The notes under the pieces were generated by a model. That model did not search any database. It was not told where the DNA came from and was given only the letters and a program-made list of their open reading frames with translations. From NCBI GenBank assembly GCA_032718475.1, contig JAUCBJ010006103.1, forward strand, positions 1 to 39,394: DNA of 39,394 bases. Reading direction: 5' to 3'. Source of the DNA: Nemertoderma westbladi (lineage: Eukaryota; Animalia; Xenacoelomorpha). The translations under genes were made by a program, and so were the position numbers. Of this stretch, positions 33,941-39,394 are shown in pieces (within the stretch, counting starts at the first letter, position 1; every line of letters starts with the position of its first letter).

Positions 33941-35462
33941 TATATATGTTATAGCCGGTCATCCACGACTACGCTTTCCATGAGTTGGTTGCCAGAGAAG
34001 TAGATCTGGTATGACTGTAAAAGCTTTTGCGTAATTAGCCGGTTATTTTCCCCGTAAAGTACTCTGTGGTTGGTTTACCAGGCATAAAAAGGCCGTGTCC
34101 TTGCTGTACTGGTGTTTTAGAGGACATAAAAGCCATTTCTTCTGTATTTGTACTTTAGAGGACATAATCCGCAATTTCGTGACGCAATAAGCTAGATACT
34201 CTTGAAAACAGTGTCGCTACCATGACGACGGCTAACAGCTGATATTGCCACGTCGACATTTCTTTGTTTCTTTGTTCTTTCGTTGTTCGGTCGACCAAAC
34301 AGAGCGTTTTTTTGTCTCTGTGTTGGAGGTGGATACAGAAACTCAGGAATTCAGTGTTATGTTTTTGCCCAGAGCCTAAGAACATCGGCTTTTGGCACCT
34401 CCGTATATCAGCATTTTTTAGCTTTACATTAGTAGGCTTAATTATAGAACGTATATCTGTTATCTAACCATACCAATGCAAATTGAGTTAACATACCATA
34501 TCTATCCATAAATTACTAATATTACTGCTTTTACTGTCGGTTATTCATTATAATTGTTGATGAAATATTATATCGGAATACTGATCAATAGTCAGACACC
34601 CCACCTTCTTGATATACTAAAGGTTAGAGAGACCGGTTACAGATAAACGATTGCGACCTATGTTAAGTGGTTTGAAGTGAATCTAATGCTATTTCATAGG
34701 CCCAACATAAATTGTATGTTGCTCTCTTTATACGTGACTAAATTTAGTGAAGGTCGGCAGATTAGTGTGCAGTATTGTGCAGCATTGTGTATGATTGTAA
34801 CTGATAACAAAGCATCTCCTAAAGAATGCGCCATATACGTGAATCTATAGCCTTTTCGTTGTGTCTAGTTTAAGTCATAACTCTGTTTACATATTTAGAG
34901 CGCCACGTCCTAAAGGAACTGTTAATATTTCCCGAAAGTGAATAATATTTGTCAGAGATTATATATTACGATCAGTCGAATAATACGGTAGGCTTACACC
35001 ATCAATCATTAAGCTTCCGAATTCAGTCTCCCGGGTATATCCAGCGGGTGAATGATTGCGCATAGACTGGCTTCGGCTAATGTAGTGTATCAAATACTCG
35101 TCATAAGCTAAAGAATATATATCATCTAAAAGACATCCTAATTTGGCAGGTTAAACTGTCAAAGGTCTTAAAAGCGCAAACAATAACAGATATTGCTTCT
35201 GGATTGCGGTGTAAGCAATCTAGTCGAAAGTACCGGTCGACCGGTAACCAGTAGGCCTGACTGCCTGATCATCCGGACCGGTACCTACAGCAGTACAGGT
35301 ACAGCAGTATTATTCGATTGTGGTATTGTATACCGGTACGCTGTTTAAGAGATTAGGGACTGTACACCCCTTGTTTCTTTTGGAGCTTACTTATTTCTGT
35401 CAGTTTTATTTATTTGTAGGCCAGTATTGAGCAGAAGGCGTGTAAGCCTGCTCAGATTGTAC

Positions 35463-36042
35463 AGATAATTTGTAGGCTTGACTGTTGTCTAACTGTTGTT
35501 AAGTCTGAACGGATTGCAGTGTGTGTAGAGCATCTGTCCGATAAAGTGCTAGTTAGGAAAGTAGGGGCTTCAAGTGCTGTGAGGTAAACCCCCTGTGAAA
35601 GAATAAGTCGTACTACTGGGTTAGAACGCATACTAACTAATCATTTCGGAGTCTGCATATACTGTAGTGTATTTAGGCTTGATAGTAGTCTGCCATCGTT
35701 TGGTCTGTACTTTGTTTGTGTAGTCTGTACGGGTAGCGTATAATTTTATTTAGATAATTTGTAGGCTGGATGGTTGTCTGGCTGTTGTTGGGTTTGAGGA
35801 AATTTCGGTGTGTGTAGAGCATCTGTCCGATAAAGTGCTAAGTTAGGAAGGTAGGGGCTTCAAGTGCTGTGAGGTAAACCCCCTGTGAAAGAATAAGTCG
35901 TACTACTGGGTTAGAACGCATACTAACTAATCATTTCGGAGTCTGCATATACCGTAGTTTGTTTAGGCTTGATAGTAGTCTGTCAGTATTTGGTCTGCAT
36001 TTTGTTTGAGTAGTTTGTACGCGTAGCGTAATATTTATTATT
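35463..36042. repeat. Tandem duplication of a ~289-bp unit
   Basis: agataatttgtaggct starts at 35463 and 35752. The central ~140 bp (gtgtgtgtagagc...ctgcatatac) are almost identical and the flanks are more diverged. Confidence 0.95.
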
Positions 36043-37376
36043 CAGAGTTTATGCGATTATTCGCAACATTCATTCCCCAAGTTTGTTCCTACAGTAATTG
36101 TGTTTGTTATACATACCGTTATAGTTAAACTAACCCCGGTACTACATCAGGGCTGCTCGGCGTAGGTAAAGACTGGAGATTTTGTGCTTTGGTCACTCCG
36201 GCAGATACCGTGGTTCTTTTAGCTGTTCAAGTATTTTTAACTACTAATTATTTGTTGTACAAGTACTTGTACCTAATTTAGGGTTTAGTGTACAGTACTT
36301 TCCGAAGGTGATTAGTGTGTAGGCAGTGTATTTGTGTTGTAAAGTGGTTAATAGGCACGTTGGTTCTGGTAGACCGCGGTAATTAACTTCTGGGTAGGAA
36401 CACTCCGTGATACATAATGTAGTACCTATAGCGATACGGTTATAGGTCGTCAGGCGGTGGTATTTTCCTATCTGGACAACGCAGTATATTTACTACTACT
36501 TATTATTTTCAAATACCGTAGTAACCTGTCCGTTGTAATAACCAGATATTCTAACCCTTTGTTAGGCTGGTTAGTAGACTTCTTGTAAAATTACCCTAAA
36601 AATTTGTATTTGTGTATTTGTAATTAAATTTTTGTGTTTATTTAGAGATTGTAATCTCAACCCGAATTGTACGTAATTTGTAGTATTAAGTAACTTAGGT
36701 AAATTAGAATTATTTGTTTTAGTGTCTAACAAGTAGCACTCCACTGAGAGCGCACAGCTTATGTGTAGTGACTCCCCCAGAAATAATAACATTTATTTCA
36801 AACATTGACAAAACCCATTAAACGGGTATATATATATTATAAATCAACTCAAACGATTTATAAATAGTAGGCCTGCCATATAACAATTAGGTCTCAATAT
36901 CAGTTGGACTACTGCTTAAATAACGGCAATAAAGTAAGTTAAAGTAACCAAGTAACCCTTAAAATTCAGAAATTCAATTATTTAAAATAATTGATATACC
37001 GGTATTTACAATAGGCTTATTATCTTTATTTTCATAAACTTAGGCTGAAATCATACCGGTGTTCTGTAATTAATTCTAGTTAATAATTATACTTATATAT
37101 ACTATAAGTGTAAACTGCATACCGGTATCCACGATAGGCCTATTATATATTTATATATATTTGTGCTAAAATTATATACCGGTATTTTGCGAAAAACCTA
37201 GTCTGTAATAATACTTATATATACCATAAGCATACCGGTATTCTAACATTATATATATATCACGCAACACTGAGTAGCAGTATCGGTAATTAATTACTAG
37301 GCTAGCAGTTAATGCTGAATTACTAGACTTGCTTAGACTGTAATATAGCAGTAGGCATTCAACTGTGCAAACAAAC

Positions 37377-39394
37377 ATGTCTGATACTAAGCAGAACCTG
37401 TCAGACAGTTTATTAGATGTAACTATCTGCGACTCAGATAAGGGTGTAGAACTGTCTACACCTAAATTCAGTTCACCTCCCACTGTGAGGAAGGTCATCC
37501 CTCCAGTAGTAATAGCAGAACCGAGGCTGGTCCAACATCGTAGGTCTATCATAGGCACTCGAGCTCAGGTCAAGCGGGACCAAGAAGCAGCGGAACAGCA
37601 ACAACCCGCGAGCCAAGAACTTATTTCTCAGCGGCCCGACAGCTCCAGTAGTGAAGATACTGTAGAGCTGACACCCGAGCGCGGAGCAAGGATGACGGAT
37701 GCGGTTTATTCGGATCCCCTTCTCATCCTTCCTGCAGCCGTACTCACTAGGTTATTGATCGCGGTGGAAGAACACCAGATCGATTGGGCGAGAAGTAAGC
37801 GATCAACTAAAGATAGTTATGAGGGATACACAAGGGAAGAACTGAAGTCTATGGTCGAGTCGCAATGGAACTTCCCCGGACCCGGACTCCCGTTTGATTT
37901 ATCAGAAGCTGCCTGGGAAGACATACACCGGATGGGAGTAGCCAAGGAAACCATCGATCCAGCTGTGTGGAAGAGGTCCGCAGCCTGATACGCACAGGGA
38001 TTCTTCAGCTCTATGGAGCGAGTAAAAGAACAACTGTTTCAACAACCTCAAGGACCTCAAGAGCAGGGATAACTGCTTTATCAAGTTAGAGAAAGAATTC
38101 TGCGAATTAGGCTAATCTTATCGGCCTTTGAGGAGGCTTCTAAAAGAAGACAAGACACGTCGTTGCAAGTTGCCGTAAAGACTTGGTTTCAACGGGTGAG
38201 TCTCCAAGTTCAAGGAACGGCTCAGTGGAAAATTCAGCTGGAGGAGCGCTCAACCCATGGAGAATCAACAGACGCTACTTTTTCCCAAGTGGAAAGTGAA
38301 GCGACGGCAGAGAACCCGCATAAGAGGGATGCCATTGATATCTATCTGTCAGACTATCAACGTTTCTTAGGTGATGAAGAGTTGAGGAGAAGGTTGGACG
38401 GACTTAACCCTAATAGTGAAGGAGCACAGCGTGTGCTTGACGCCATCGACGTGGATAGGTTAGCGGCGAACCAAGCTAAATTCGATGAACAACTCCGCAT
38501 CGCTAGAGACCAAGAAGAAAGGGTGAAGAAAAAACGCATAGAAGACAGAAAGAAAGCAGCAGTAGCAGCTGCAGAAGCCGAAAGGAAAGCAGCCGAAGAG
38601 GAAAGTAAAGCAGCCGAAATGGAAAGAAAAGCGGCAGCGGCAGAGGCAGAAGCGAAAAGTAAAGCAGCCGAAATGGAAAGAAAAGCGGCAGCGGCAGAGG
38701 CAGAAGCGAAAAGAAAAGCAGCCGAAATGGAAAGAAAAGCGGCAATGGCAGCGGCAGAAGCGGAGCGGATAGCGGCTGAAGAGATTGCCCAATTAGATTT
38801 GGAAAATATTCAGGAGAATCAAGACTGCATAAATAAACAGTTAACAGCTAGTAATATGCAGATGATGAATCGATCTACTCCCAAAAGACAGGGATATACA
38901 TCATCTGAAGAAGGCGATACCACCGATACTGAAGGCAAAGGAAATAGATCTCACCTAAGCAGACGTAAAAGAACATCCCACAGTCAGAAATTGCCTGATT
39001 TGCCTCCAGCTGTTAGAAGGCAACTAAATAACACCAACTTAGGTAGTACAGAACCCACAGACCAAATAATTACAATAGAGAGACTCCCTACTATAGTAGA
39101 TGAGCCTGAAATAATTAGGCCTGTTCCCGAAGCCACCCTTTCGGTGGTAGAGACACCTGTACTCCCTGAATCTACCTCTAAATTCCCTTTGCACAGTACC
39201 AAGCTACCTGTGCCCAGCAGAACAGCCCATGAGACAGTTCATGCCCTGGACTCCGAGCGAAATATTCATGATTTGTCGCCCGTTGTCCCTCGTCCACCCG
39301 CTACAACGTTGGCGAATCCCGCTTTGGCGGTCGAATGGGTGGATGAGAGACGACGGGGGATGGATCTCCTGCTCAGACAGATGCAGGAGACCGT
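37377..39394 (+). pseudogene. Long (>670 codon) reading frame with two in-frame stops, probably gag/ORF1-like N-terminus of a large retroelement; runs off window
   Basis: From ATG 37377 the same frame continues past TGA 37986 and TAA 38070 and is then open to 39394 (not shown in the ORF track). It has helical, Ala/Glu/Lys/Arg-repeat and Pro/Ser/Thr-rich segments. No catalytic motif lies within the window. Confidence 0.6.
38608..38770 (+). repeat. In-frame 54-bp coding repeat (KAAEMERKAAAAEAEAK[S/R]) x ~3
   Basis: aaagcagccgaaatggaaagaaaagcggca recurs at 54-bp spacing. Confidence 0.9.

Noticed and set aside
38357-39202. Cys/Phe/Leu-rich minus-strand ORFs
   Set aside because: Antisense translations of the plus-strand Ala/Glu/Lys repeat frame.

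Overview
AT-rich eukaryotic (most likely invertebrate metazoan) genomic DNA dominated by transposable-element debris. It is not a prokaryotic locus and contains no CRISPR array. Two host genes are well supported: a 1208-codon uninterrupted ORF for a large coiled-coil protein (10224-13850, +) and a two-exon calbindin/calretinin-family protein with only four EF-hands (17501-17296 + 16851-16497, -). The rest comprises several RTE- and CR1/L2-type LINE fragments, a tRNA-derived SINE with a Meta/MESC-like core, MITEs (including a TTAA-flanked piggyBac-type and a Harbinger-like element), two Helitron/Helentron-like copies, a decayed Ty3/Gypsy element, a 31-bp minisatellite and a ~5-kb 29-bp satellite with 723-bp and 1208-bp higher-order repeats (the source of all the long 'GLSFTRGCGW' ORFs, which are spurious). 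A gag-like frame broken by only two stops runs off the right edge. The most unusual signals are a Crypton-like non-autonomous family carrying directly repeated dyad sites resembling tyrosine-recombinase targets, the satellite whose unit carries an NF-kB-consensus 10-mer, a degenerate HDV-like ribozyme candidate at an RTE 5' end, and an antisense self-insertion of a LINE tail with an 11-bp TSD. I see no unambiguous new multi-gene system. All family assignments come from motif recognition by eye, not database searches.
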